Made by a program: the position numbers and the translations under genes
DNA from: Rhizaria sp. SCN 62-66
Taxonomy: Eukaryota
Assembly (NCBI GenBank): GCA_001724265.1
Contig: MEDY01000224.1
Location: 62,001-82,623, forward strand
Reading direction: 5' to 3'
Length of the DNA stretch: 20,623 nucleotides
Part shown: positions 10,001 to 16,700 of the stretch, piece after piece
Position numbering within the stretch: the first letter of the stretch is position 1
Layout: every line of letters begins with the position of its first letter
Notes under the pieces: generated by a model
Told to the model about the DNA's origin: nothing
What the model saw: only the letters and a program-made list of their open reading frames with translations
The model's database searches: none

Positions 10001-12732
10001 TTGGTCACCGGGGGCGGCAGCACGGCGTTGAAGGCCTCGGCAGTGTAGTGCCGCAGCACGACCACGGCGGCGTGCTGCGAGACGCTCAACGGCGCGCTCG
10101 CGGCCGTCGCAGGGGAGACACAGCTACTGCTGCTGGAGCTCATATTAAGGCTGGCATTGGCGTCGGCAGCCGCGGCGGGGGGCGCGAGACGGACCCTGCC
10201 GACCGCCGCCGCCGCGGCCGCCGTGGTCGCCGCGGCCTCCGGCTCGCGCTGGGTCACAGCCACACCGGCGGCGTCGGGCGCCAGCGTCCGCGCGGCGGCC
10301 ACGGCGGCGGCGGCCGCGGCGTCGCCCGGCGGCGTGTAGCGGAGCCCGTAGGCGCGGACGGTGACCGGCAGCCCGCCCGCGTCGGCGAGCGCGGCGCGGG
10401 CGCGCGCGGCCTTGCCGTTGAGCCGCACACGCTGTGCCTTGGCCTGCACGGCGGGCGCGGGCGCCAGCCGCAGCGGCGCCGCGGGGGAGCCCGCCGCAAA
10501 GCGCGATGTCAGTGCCAGAGGGGCACCGGCGCCGGTCGCCGGGTCGAAGCCGGCGCCGGCGCCCAGCAGCCACTCGTGCAGGAACAGCCCCGAGGCAGCG
10601 ATGCCGGCAGCGCGCGCGGCTGCGGCGGGCGCGGCGGCGGGCAGCGCGGCGGCGGGCACGGGCGCGGGCTGCGAGAGCGCGTACCCGGCCCAGAGCCCGC
10701 CGGCGCGCTCGGCCAGCGCGGCCTGCAGCGGCGACGGCGCGGGCAGCGCGGGCGGCGGCGACGGCGGCGACAGGCGCAGCGCCTCGGCCGTGTCCTCGAT
10801 GAGCGCACTGTGCGTCGCGGCGGCGGACACGTAGTCGATGTTGACGTCGATGCGCTGCGCGACGATAAAGGGTGTGGGCACGCCACCCGCGACCGGCGCG
10901 GACGCGGGCGGGGTCGCGGGCCGGGGCAGCGCCGTGTACTTGATGCTCAGCGGCAGCGGCGTCGCGCTGGCCACGAGCGCCGCGACCGACTGCGGCGCGC
11001 GGCGCGGGTAGTCCCCGGCAGCGCCGTACCATTGAGGATGCTGCGACTGCTGCTGCTGCTGCTGTTGTTGCTGGAGCTGCTGCGAGGCGTACGGACTGTT
11101 GCTGTGTGTTTGCTGCAGTTGCTGCTGTTGCAGCGCGCCCGGCGTCGCAGGCCCCGCCGCCGCCGCCGTGTTGCCCGCGCTGGCGCTGTCGGGGCTGGAC
11201 AGGGCGGCGCGGGCGGTGCCGGTCGACTGCGGGGACAGAGACGTGGCCAGCACGGTCGGCGACACGCGCAGATGCTCCATGTTGGACGACGATGTCGCAG
11301 TGGCCGCGACGGAGCCCGACTGGGTACCCCAGATGCCCGTCGAGGCCGGGTTGATGGGCGTTGTGGTAAAGCCGAGCGGGGAAATGGCCGAGACGCGGGG
11401 AACGTCCGCAGGCCGCACGCTCCCACCGGCGCTGGCGTTGCCGCTGGGGGACGAGTGCGGACCCATGGGGTCGTTCCCCGCCAGCGCACTATGGGCCGCG
11501 GGCGCCGCCAGTGGGCCGTGCGCGGGCGAGTGCGCGCGCGAGGGGCCCGTGCTGATGGGCCGGTGTGCGAGGACACGCACCGTCACGGCCTGCACGCCGC
11601 CGGGCTGCACGCCAGCTGCGCCCAGCGACACGGGCGCGCGCGCGGGGCTCGTCGCGGCCGCGGCCGCGGTGGAGCTGTTGAGTTTGGCGCGCAGCGCGGC
11701 GAGCTTGGCGCGGCGCGCGTCGGCGGCGTCGCCGAACGAACCCATGCTCGCACTAGCCGTGCTGGCGCTGGCGTTGGCGGCCGCGGGCGTCATCGCAAGT
11801 GTAGTGCTGTTGCCGCCGTAGAACCCGCTCTGCGACAGCGTGTTGTTATTGTTGTTACTATAGCGCGGGGCGGGGGTGGCGTAGATGGAGGGTCCCGGCA
11901 GCTGCGTGCCGTCGAGCGACTGCTCCCAGGCATCGCTCTGGCGGAAACCACCGTGGTTGAGCCCGCTGTCGCTCGCAGCGGTCGCGGCGGGCTGCTGGTG
12001 CTGCTGGGCGGGCGTCGCGGGCACGGGCGCAACAGCAGTAGGAGCAGCGGCGGCAGCGGCAGCGGCGGGCGCGGGATTGGCGGCCTCGTTGAAGAGGACG
12101 CGTTGGAACTGCACCTGGGGCCGCTCGACGGCGACGATCTTAAACAGCGACAGCGCCCACATGTCGCGCGCGGCGGGCGACGGCGCCTGCAGGTCGATGC
12201 AGACGTAGCCGGGCGCGGCGGCGTTAGAGTCCTTGCGCTGCACGACCAGCGTCACCCAACAGTCGGTGACGCCCTCGGGGGGCGTTTCGCGGACGGCCTC
12301 GGTGGGCAGCGCGTAGCGGCGGCCTTGCGAGGCCGTGGTCTGGATGTGGCACCAATGGAGCCCGCCGAGGATGGTGGCGGTGCCCGCGGCGATGCCCTCG
12401 TCGGCGTAGCGCCGCGAGTCGGCCACGGGCGTCACGGTGAGCTGCCCCGTGATCGCGTGTAACGCGGAGAAGTTGCCGCAGTAGATGCCGACGATCTGCG
12501 ACGTGGCAAACGAAAAGGGCTTCTTGTCCGGCAGCGACTCGCCCTTAAGCGCGCCGCCGCGGCCGCTGGCGTTGCCCTCGAAGGCGATCGAGGCGGACGC
12601 CGTCTTGACCTTGCCGATGCCCGCCGTGGCGGGGGACAAGGCGTGGGAAGGCTTGGTGAGTGTCGTGCGCGCAAACTGCGCCCGGCGCTGCAGATGCTGC
12701 ACGGCGCGCGCAACGGGGTCGGCGGCGCTCAT
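1033..12732 (-). CDS. Giant Ala-rich multi-PH-domain / C2-domain protein (~3,899 aa), single uninterrupted ORF
   Basis: 11.7 kb open frame with strongly GC-ending codons. The ORF track starts at a TTG (12918), but the first 62 codons look like pyrimidine-rich UTR. The ATG at 12732 (MSAADPVARAVQHL) coincides with the start of GC-rich coding composition. PH-like and C2-like motifs are recognisable. The frame ends in TAA at 1035-1033, which overlaps a possible splice donor (see findings). Confidence 0.9.
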   Translation of the reverse strand: MSAADPVARAVQHLQRRAQFARTTLTKPSHALSPATAGIGKVKTASASIAFEGNASGRGGALKGESLPDKKPFSFATSQIVGIYCGNFSALHAITGQLTVTPVADSRRYADEGIAAGTATILGGLHWCHIQTTASQGRRYALPTEAVRETPPEGVTDCWVTLVVQRKDSNAAAPGYVCIDLQAPSPAARDMWALSLFKIVAVERPQVQFQRVLFNEAANPAPAAAAAAAAPTAVAPVPATPAQQHQQPAATAASDSGLNHGGFRQSDAWEQSLDGTQLPGPSIYATPAPRYSNNNNNTLSQSGFYGGNSTTLAMTPAAANASASTASASMGSFGDAADARRAKLAALRAKLNSSTAAAAATSPARAPVSLGAAGVQPGGVQAVTVRVLAHRPISTGPSRAHSPAHGPLAAPAAHSALAGNDPMGPHSSPSGNASAGGSVRPADVPRVSAISPLGFTTTPINPASTGIWGTQSGSVAATATSSSNMEHLRVSPTVLATSLSPQSTGTARAALSSPDSASAGNTAAAAGPATPGALQQQQLQQTHSNSPYASQQLQQQQQQQQQSQHPQWYGAAGDYPRRAPQSVAALVASATPLPLSIKYTALPRPATPPASAPVAGGVPTPFIVAQRIDVNIDYVSAAATHSALIEDTAEALRLSPPSPPPALPAPSPLQAALAERAGGLWAGYALSQPAPVPAAALPAAAPAAAARAAGIAASGLFLHEWLLGAGAGFDPATGAGAPLALTSRFAAGSPAAPLRLAPAPAVQAKAQRVRLNGKAARARAALADAGGLPVTVRAYGLRYTPPGDAAAAAAVAAARTLAPDAAGVAVTQREPEAAATTAAAAAAVGRVRLAPPAAAADANASLNMSSSSSSCVSPATAASAPLSVSQHAAVVVLRHYTAEAFNAVLPPPVTNPLALPLFEWLAPIRNPAASASNANSAAAAPPLRALKPLDPRDIVELYVGRAPRPFVVSPAVPEDCALTLLVAGAPESPQRWGFDPAAGGYVPLPAPANAAALPADAPPLYALSLDFASAQDRSLFLAALALALHHLYLAQRVPGAAAVLRHANLVATLPLLTPLALDLPLAGTALPLGPTPPAAPAALAGLGEGSFVSAVRVFGSNFVPNGADNTFAPGREVVFPSENALFPTLAAATSVAAREPLEAAAPKRLAAVPTSAGNGASAADSALGASALSLDCEAEADAAAQGLLVRHAPLLLRSAPAAPSPTAQSAAAGAITVTPDGTVLYLAAPDPAAVAAAEAAAQAAAAEVTAANAAASEAAAAAANAAETAAAAAAAASAVAPAGGARASEGRCDPVPASFGSLGARYLLPATSDAAAAAAGSASSTALTVNGGDAAGLAAPGAASAAVVVSLLRAWLIKGSIIASLPDAAVASSPNNAAAVAAAGAELLAAPLPARTRALLAAALAVTSDNHNNNANNNMNASAVNADANDRGVFAASSLLAMTLSDSFATLPAASQASQPQSQIGQHGHHGHSAAAAARSGPFPRGEAECSASAGFSNAAVSALSPLRVLLRLLASAESAFALAASSNTALLATAFVWSPAAVARSVAARAVAATLARAVAAAAQARARAAHSASETHLFLAPATAPAGAAGRAAETLLAALAAHPAPAGASDLPRAAAAAALSASAAEAAAVAAETAAAAAGANALDVDVDDDVDAGDFTDDEGEQSYADATFVTAVNATTTKSKSQTAAAAAAAESSSAAAAVATLDAARLGGAAAVDLGALWWCPPCSASSAVAGTRFSLPAQLGGSGSGSDASAAAADSANVSATVSTSVDLARASAAPVPAPGADAAASERAALAVARLMRISLRGDNAKHSNSSKSGAAGATTPAEAEATLQAMLFPARHAAFAAGRVAPLAHVAAVCVDGAAAALVADDEGDGMLSLLAAQARLARLAAAERADAAATAGIAGVLSPIGAAAADANGSISGSVASSSVSGGAGGVNAAASVPQSVLSELGHALDDAAASEDADAVAEAEADDADAADQDAADAADASAAAAAAAESGDAAAATAAAAAAEARRRRGRVPRQPALVAVLYRRALPSADADADADASNGNTNSNGVSPATAAAADALSELRCLRLSFPTAALRDTWVSAFSAAFLPHTAAAPRPVVVYERAPQWAVAALARHAPAGSVRTHAQSALAASVSAFSASAPHSAAASGDVLVRRARALAVAPPPVFAAPCAALFGLLNSLAPEAEALADELGAAAAANDAIAAAANAAKAAEAAAATAAVAATTAAAAAANAAAATSVPALTPPTLYTPADVARMLEASSAAWGLAPAALTGIAAILPPPPALPAVPAPAPAFVAPVVTLSVNGVVNNNAVVQTPVRAPRPRGPGASSVGSAYSGGRLALPGGGAAVPQTPYTVRRLARTPRARPDGTPLDAAAITVATSETAAVNTPARAFALAESQQPLAPGTAQRKRAALARTPRVTAGGVVFTVSRPDDAADGEGKRPSPEDGAAGAAANAASPSNVSVVCGYGWSDVSDARGEFSLRDVPPTTLAQLRRAARLLQLLSQRPMPMCVVEPLPPGLLTVTVSYSMLPTLAADGGTEAASAAGEASAHGSESPVSPLPLWLMGAFARSTADRAGRFLGHTDAMYGDVPGPLPGTPAPAAKPSAASAAGGSPNAASRKLVAAAAGTTPNIATGAASNAGVPASQCFASRALPGAAPAGALQSLCPGEAVFTTTFSVLYAPHARGSLQLNLYDLADAPTRETTGAAQWLAEAEIGLDQLVTACVRGTQANRIAHGAIEMAVQARRRAAATASSAAARKQAPASTTAASAPTSANDDESWLRRGDRALALPNASGLDASSAPASTLANGGGAGGWRWEEPTNNCNGTGADDSLFMSGSSALDATFNNSNDNEAGYGDNDGDGDDAFVSGELALALVPGQVFATRVNVPLSQPRAVHAAWKTAIAAYTRSDRAAAAATEAAAASAALAASAGKAAQLPGHVSRARAKRLRDMSRALSLGAFSVSLGCLFTPVDPLVLGAKRLVAGLFTVDDESPVPAPAAPGTATAVAAVAAPVAAPATAAAAPAPTPAALAAAEAVAVAAAAAAAAATAAAAAAAAAAAVNSPEPAAAAAAPASAPAKGETTALVAVEPDSTALVEKTDKKEKKDKKAKKDKKDKRSSRDRDRSSQRDSQRDDASTTRSHANTAGDNEPSQLRSRLRHAVRRGGLLLGPSGTPVGPKGQPLPLSDARLEQMTAGYEVLKFSHKNGKASRRVLAYHPRLRCLYWCDDAKTRDAVRAGRVEPAADKCIAVLNIGAVARGRKTHVFTANTIPNSIHPALCVSVLQFPPDPNASANNNNATNVTSANSSVDLDNAASPAIGGHRALTVAISPSGARNNGGAGSVAASPANGTVSTTTAMVPATPSNANGSNSTNSEFGDSGASVAATPGGSAGPQQPQKGLMSRLRARLNGTEAAPRRTPNMKSLDTPGASAERATPTLHERGAVTAVSSGAAAGGEMRGHSLFAVGSGYVLDGDALVHCESTVVIGAPTPKEARSLDVAFATSTDAAEFFMSLATLVAYYQWIEQMRARLLLRKQQQDAAAAAAAAAAAASSNANESENAAGGSPPGSASRRRLAPASSRPRGVPAPIAEEDGGSGGDAAAALAAVGQEAADAAEARRARARAQAQADAQAELAAHRANAKGNDAGAEADDKDDNDAANRRESVFAPTLHSNMPPPPQRTPHQTPRAQPSQPKGSGSPPAYNHATPVAAAAAPELADYGGDEDVVVAPTPLPAAAAKGKASAASSAKATPSNNARGAGGASTPSLLTVSTPSLAPANLRGAGAGAEAVEPSSLEPSPASSDVDLSQSINDTDNENNDDDVDDDDDDDKFESVQRIPEPAPRKAGGAAAAAPAAIIAQDDDDDDPFDLDISFDDFE
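2098..3090 (-). other. PH-like domain 4 (best conserved; PLC/Num1-Mcp5 type)
   Basis: MTAGYEVLKFSHKNGKASRRVLAY..LYWC ... CIAVLNIGAVARGRKTHVF ... LCVSVL ...(about 200 aa insertion)... RSLDVAFATSTDAAEFFMSL. It has a basic K-x(n)-RR beta1-beta2 loop, as in phosphoinositide-binding PH domains. Confidence 0.8.
3307..3366 (-). repeat. Coding imperfect 9-bp repeat encoding a Lys-rich patch (KKEKKDKKAKKDKKDK)
   Basis: Repeated tccttcttg-like units on the + strand, followed in the protein by RSSRDRDRSSQRD. Confidence 0.8.
3764..5095 (-). other. C2-like domain (copine-like) with large insertions
   Basis: LLTVTVSYSMLP ... RFLGHTD ... AVFTTTFSVLY ... SLQLNLYD ... WLAEAEIGLDQLV ... NVPL ... LGAFSVS resembles the copine C2 pattern 'GrTE ... 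P.F...f...Y ... L.f.vYD ... lG.....L..l'. Confidence 0.6.
6383..7525 (-). other. Degenerate PH-like domain 3 of the giant protein
   Basis: Dispersed blocks GALWWC ... VAPLAHVAAVCVDG ... LVAVLYR ... LRCLRLSFPTAALRDTWVSAF. The last block is a typical PH beta7 plus C-terminal helix. Confidence 0.5.
9594..10400 (-). other. PH-like domain 2 of the giant protein, split by Ala-rich insertions
   Basis: LDPRDIVELYVGRAPRPF ... EDCALTLLV ... ALSLDFASAQDRSLFLAALAL repeats the same pattern, with Phe in place of the helix Trp. N-terminal strands are tentative. Confidence 0.6.
11042..11133 (-). repeat. CAG/CAA poly-glutamine tracts within the giant protein
   Basis: (ctg)n/(ttg)n runs on the + strand translate to QQQQLQQ...QQLQQQQQQQQQSQ. 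Confidence 0.9.
12122..12710 (-). other. PH-like domain 1 (PLC/Num1-Mcp5 type) of the giant protein
   Basis: FATSQIVGIYCG ... DCWVTLVVQ ... VCIDLQAPSPAARDMWALSLFKIV follows the 'I..v..G ... c.s.v ... LDL.a.s...rd.W...L' pattern of this PH subtype, including the Trp of the terminal helix. Boundaries approximate. Confidence 0.7.
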
Positions 12733-13711
12733 CAGGAGGCAGGAGGAGACGCGGAGGGCGCGGCCGGGGGAGCGGCTGAGTGTGTGTGGGGACGACGAGG
12801 GTGGCCGGGGAAAGGGGAGGCACGCGCGATGGTGAAGGGCTTCTGCCGTGGGGGAAGAGAGAAGGCTGGAGGAAAAAAGATCGATTTCAGGGAACATGTG
12901 AGAGAGAGGCAAGTTCAACGGCAGTGCTAGCAGGGAGGTTTACAAGGTGTTCATTGAGTGGCAGACTGATGAGAGGATGAGTCGAGGCGCTAGTTGCAGG
13001 ATATCCAGGAACCGGCCCATATTTCAAGCTCTTTGAGTTGGAAGACCATTGCCCTAGAAGCGGAGGTTCCGGTGTAAAAAGCATTAGCAAACGTGATTCC
13101 TAGAAACATCTATGTGATACACTAGTGTTACGATTGGCGAGTACTGGACACTGGAAAGATGCAGCTGGCTCGAGGATGGTTCTAACTAGGTCGGTTGTGC
13201 TGAACCTGTCATGAGACCCACACCAGTTTGTAAGCAAGTTACAGAGATGGCGACATTTGAATATCAAATACACTCCACGGGTATTCTTTCAATTAATTTT
13301 CAGATATAGATACGTAGAATAAGACCAACCAAGCAGCGTTAAAGTAGAGGCCAACCGCGGTTTCTTTTCTGGCCTAGCTTTTTTTTTTTCGGCCCATGCC
13401 CGATCGGCCGTCGTTGTCCGGCCGACTGCGAGCTACTTTTCCATCTTCATGCGCACGTGTATGATCGTCAATAGTGTGAGAAATCCGCTTTTCGCGAAGA
13501 TTCAAGTTGTAATACGTTCATTATGTTATTATATTTCCTATGCACATCGTATAGCTTGCCGCATGACACTGTGCTTTTGACCACTCACTGACTTCTTTGC
13601 CACCTCTCGCTTAACCCTCCCAGCCAGACCGATTGACAGCAAAGCTCTGAACGTCTATCCACACGCTTGACCGTTAGATAACGCGCTTTATTTGCGCTGA
13701 CACCCCGCTAA
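12733..13711. promoter_or_regulatory. Divergent (head-to-head) intergenic region; probable bidirectional promoter plus 5' UTRs
   Basis: 979 bp between two outward-facing ATGs; AT-rich, with an 11-T run (13379-13389) and a GGCC-rich island (13348-13425). Confidence 0.6.
13459..13623 (+). other. Possible 5'-UTR intron of ASNSD1 (165 nt)
   Basis: GTATGA donor; CTTAAC about 10 nt before a CCCTCCCAG acceptor, the same arrangement as in the RhoGEF intron. Confidence 0.45.
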
Positions 13712-16700
13712 ATGTGCGGTATCGGCGCCCTAGTCGCGTCCTCGGTGCGTCTGACAAGCCGTGCCGCGGCCGCATTGAACCTCGCGCTCGCGCAGCAGCG
13801 CCGCCACAACGTTAAGACAACGTACAACGCACGCCGCCGCGCCGCTGCCTGGCGCGCCGCCACTGAGGCTGCGACCGCCGCAACAACGTCGACACCCGTG
13901 ACTGCAGCCGCGTCTCACGGTGCAAACTCAAGCTGTGCGAGTTCAAGTGTCAATGAGCGTGTGGACGAGCGTGCGTGCGTGTGCGATGTGAGCACTGGCG
14001 TGTGGTGCGTCACATGCGTTGCGGCCAACGCGGTTGCGCTTGCGGAGACGCTGCTTCCGCGCGGACCTGACGCAGCTGGCTTTGTGTCATTCGCTCACAA
14101 CGCTGCCCTTCAAAGCAGCAGTGCAGCGGCGATTCCTGAGACTACATCGAGCGAGATGTCATCGAGTTCCGTAGAGCTTAAGGCTGGGCCCCGGACTGTA
14201 GCGCTTAGGCCTACAACAGCAATGCCTTTGGAGCAGGCACGCGCGGCACTCTATAGCAATGTGTCAGCTGCAACGAGTCCTAATTTCACCGAAGCACAGA
14301 AGACGACGCCTACAGAAGGTATGTGCAGCTCTGTGCGTGCGCCGCCGCTCTCGCTGTTGGCATCGGTGCTTTCTCTCCGCGGTGATGGCGTCCCTGTGAC
14401 ACAACCCTATTCTATTGGAGCTAACAGCCACTCTGCCGCAGAGTCATCAACACAGTCTAGCGAGCCGCTGTGGCTGTGTTACAACGGCGAGGTGTTCGGC
14501 GGCCCTCTGTGCCCGCCATCGGGGGGCTCCGACACTGCGACCGTTGCGGCCGCTCTTGCCACAGCAGCCGCACTGTCTGCACCTTAGTCTGCGGCTGACG
14601 CCGGCACCGGCGCAGACTTTCCGACTGCAACTGGTCCCGCGCTGGCCTCCGCAGCGGCGCGCGCGTTGTCGGCGAGCGAGGGCCCATTTGCTCTCATCCT
14701 GGCCGAGCCTGCGCTGGGGCGGCTTGTGGCGGCGCGCGACAGGCGCGGGCGCCGGTCGCTGCTGCTCGCGCTGGGGCCGCGGTGCAATCGAACCAAGAAC
14801 AACAAAGCTGGGGCCGATAGTGATAACGACTTCAGTGATGACGAAGATTATGATGATGATGATGGAGAATTGGTTTCAGGCATCACCTATTTTGGCGCAG
14901 CGCTGTCTTCGGCGGCCTTTGACGTGTCGTCGCCGGCGTTACCTGAACACAACTCACACGCGACGGCATTTGACTTGAGCTCGCTGTCGCGTGCACATCG
15001 GTTTGCGAGGTGGATTGAACTGCCATGCACTGGTTTGTTCTCACTTCAATTCACGAAGCGGAACAACAATTACTCCAGTGATACACCGGCTGCCAGCATT
15101 TCTTGTTTTAGCGGGAACAACACTCAAGACAACGACAAAGATGGTTGTGTTGAGATCGATTTTGTGCCTTGGCTGTCTTCAACCCCGACCGCATCTAACA
15201 CAGACACAGACTCTGCCGTTGAGAACGTTGACGCTGCCAACACAGTGACCTCCGAGTTACCTTTGTCGCCAGCCCCGCTGCCGCCTCTGTTCAGAGCGTA
15301 TCCTCACTTGCCCGCGTCCCCCGCTGCTGCAGTTAGTACACTCCCTGCTGCATTGCTTCCGACCGCACGCGCTCTCATCACGACACAAACGAACCCCAAG
15401 CTGAACAACACGACTGGTAACACCAACAACAGCGCTGACGGCACCGCTGTGGAGAATGCGACTGTGGGGGGCGCGGCGGCGACGGTGTTCCTGTCGCTGC
15501 TCGCGCGTTCTGTTGCGCGCCGTGTTGCTCTGCAAGACCCTTTGCAGACGCAGGAAGAACACATCAAAGGTGCCGCGAGTGATGCCGTGTGCAACTTTCA
15601 GCCGGCATTGCCGCTGCTGTCCGACGCTGGTTCGCGTCCAACTTTGATCGCATCTTCCTCTCCCAACACGACAGCGTCCTCTGTGTCCAGTTCGCAGTTT
15701 TCTGACGTATGCTCGCTGCGCTCTGATTCCCAGCCTCAGCAACTGCTCGCCGGCAGCGAGTTCGGCCAGTGCGGCCGCGTCGCTGCCGTCGACGCCACCG
15801 CGGCCCTGCGCCCCGCGCGCGTGGCCGTGGCCTTCAGCGGCGGCATCGACTGCTCTGTGGTGGCGCTGCTGGCACACTACGCCCTGCCGGCGGGGGAGCC
15901 CATTGACCTCATCTCAGTCGCTTTTCAGGGCGATGTTGACGCAGACACGGTACGTGGACTGTCTCGACGCGAAAGCCGTTTAGTTTATCATATCTGCCGT
16001 TGTTTTTGAGATGTATTTAATTTCATTTTCCTTCGTCTATTTTGCTTTCTTTTGTATTCGAGTGCAGATCGATGCTGCGACGCCGGATCGTCTCGCTTCG
16101 ATCTTGGGTCTCCAGGAGCTGCGCACAGCGGCTCCAGAGCGCCCCTGGCGGTACGTTTATTTCTGTTATGCGCAACAAAGTAAATCTGCGTTGATACGAA
16201 CTTCTTGACGCTTAATATGCCTTTTCATTTTTTTACCTGTGTATGTTAAACTTGTTTCTCATGTTTAGCTTGATCAAGGCCAATCTTACGACCGCGGGCG
16301 TTTCGTCCTCCCGCGCCCGCGTGCTCTCGCTGCTGCGGCCACACGCCACGGTGATGGACTTTGGCCTCGCCTCAGTGCTGCACCACGCTGCGCGCGGACA
16401 GGGCGCGCTACACTGCATCTGTCCGCCTGCTCCCAACGCCACCACTACAGCCAAGACGACATCGGCAACATCAGTGTCGGGTAACGGGCATCTATCGGGT
16501 TGTCCGTTGGCCGACCTTGCTCACAGCCACTTTGAGCCTGCTGCTGTTGATCACTGCCTGTCGACAGAGACGAAGAAAACCAAGGCTAACTGTGCGTTTG
16601 AGCTCGCTGCAGCAGCCGCTCTGCGCCCGCGTTCTGGGACGGCAGCCGCCGCCGCTGCCGCGCCCCGTCCCGGCGCAGACCCCGCTCTCCGCTTCTCTCC

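Noticed and set aside
12733-12918. N-terminal 62-aa extension of the giant ORF from TTG 12918
   Set aside because: Non-ATG start, pyrimidine-rich UTR-like composition and an internal acceptor-like site; GC-rich codon usage begins near ATG 12732. An in-frame ATG at 12897 cannot be strictly excluded.
1026-12980. Dozens of long alternative-frame and antisense ORFs overlapping the giant gene (e.g. 10048-12462 +, 4495-6240 +, 1026-2204 -)
   Set aside because: Shadow ORFs expected from extreme GC content; Arg/Gly/Pro-rich or mirror-Ala translations with no recognisable motifs.
13396-13650. ASDURF-like upstream ORF, as on the human ASNSD1 mRNA
   Set aside because: The only candidate (ATG 13396) gives 22 aa unspliced or 29 aa spliced, with no prefoldin-like coiled-coil character.
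14319-14587. Intron from GTATGT (14319) to the TAG at 14587 that would remove the internal stop
   Set aside because: It would delete the conserved VLSLRG, QP, NGEVF and SDT motifs, it is 269 nt long (frameshifting), and it is not T-rich like the real introns.
13712-16009. Two separate genes (291-aa and 447-aa ORFs)
   Set aside because: Same frame, with a single Ntn domain split across them; the second ORF begins at TTG and contains no in-frame Met.
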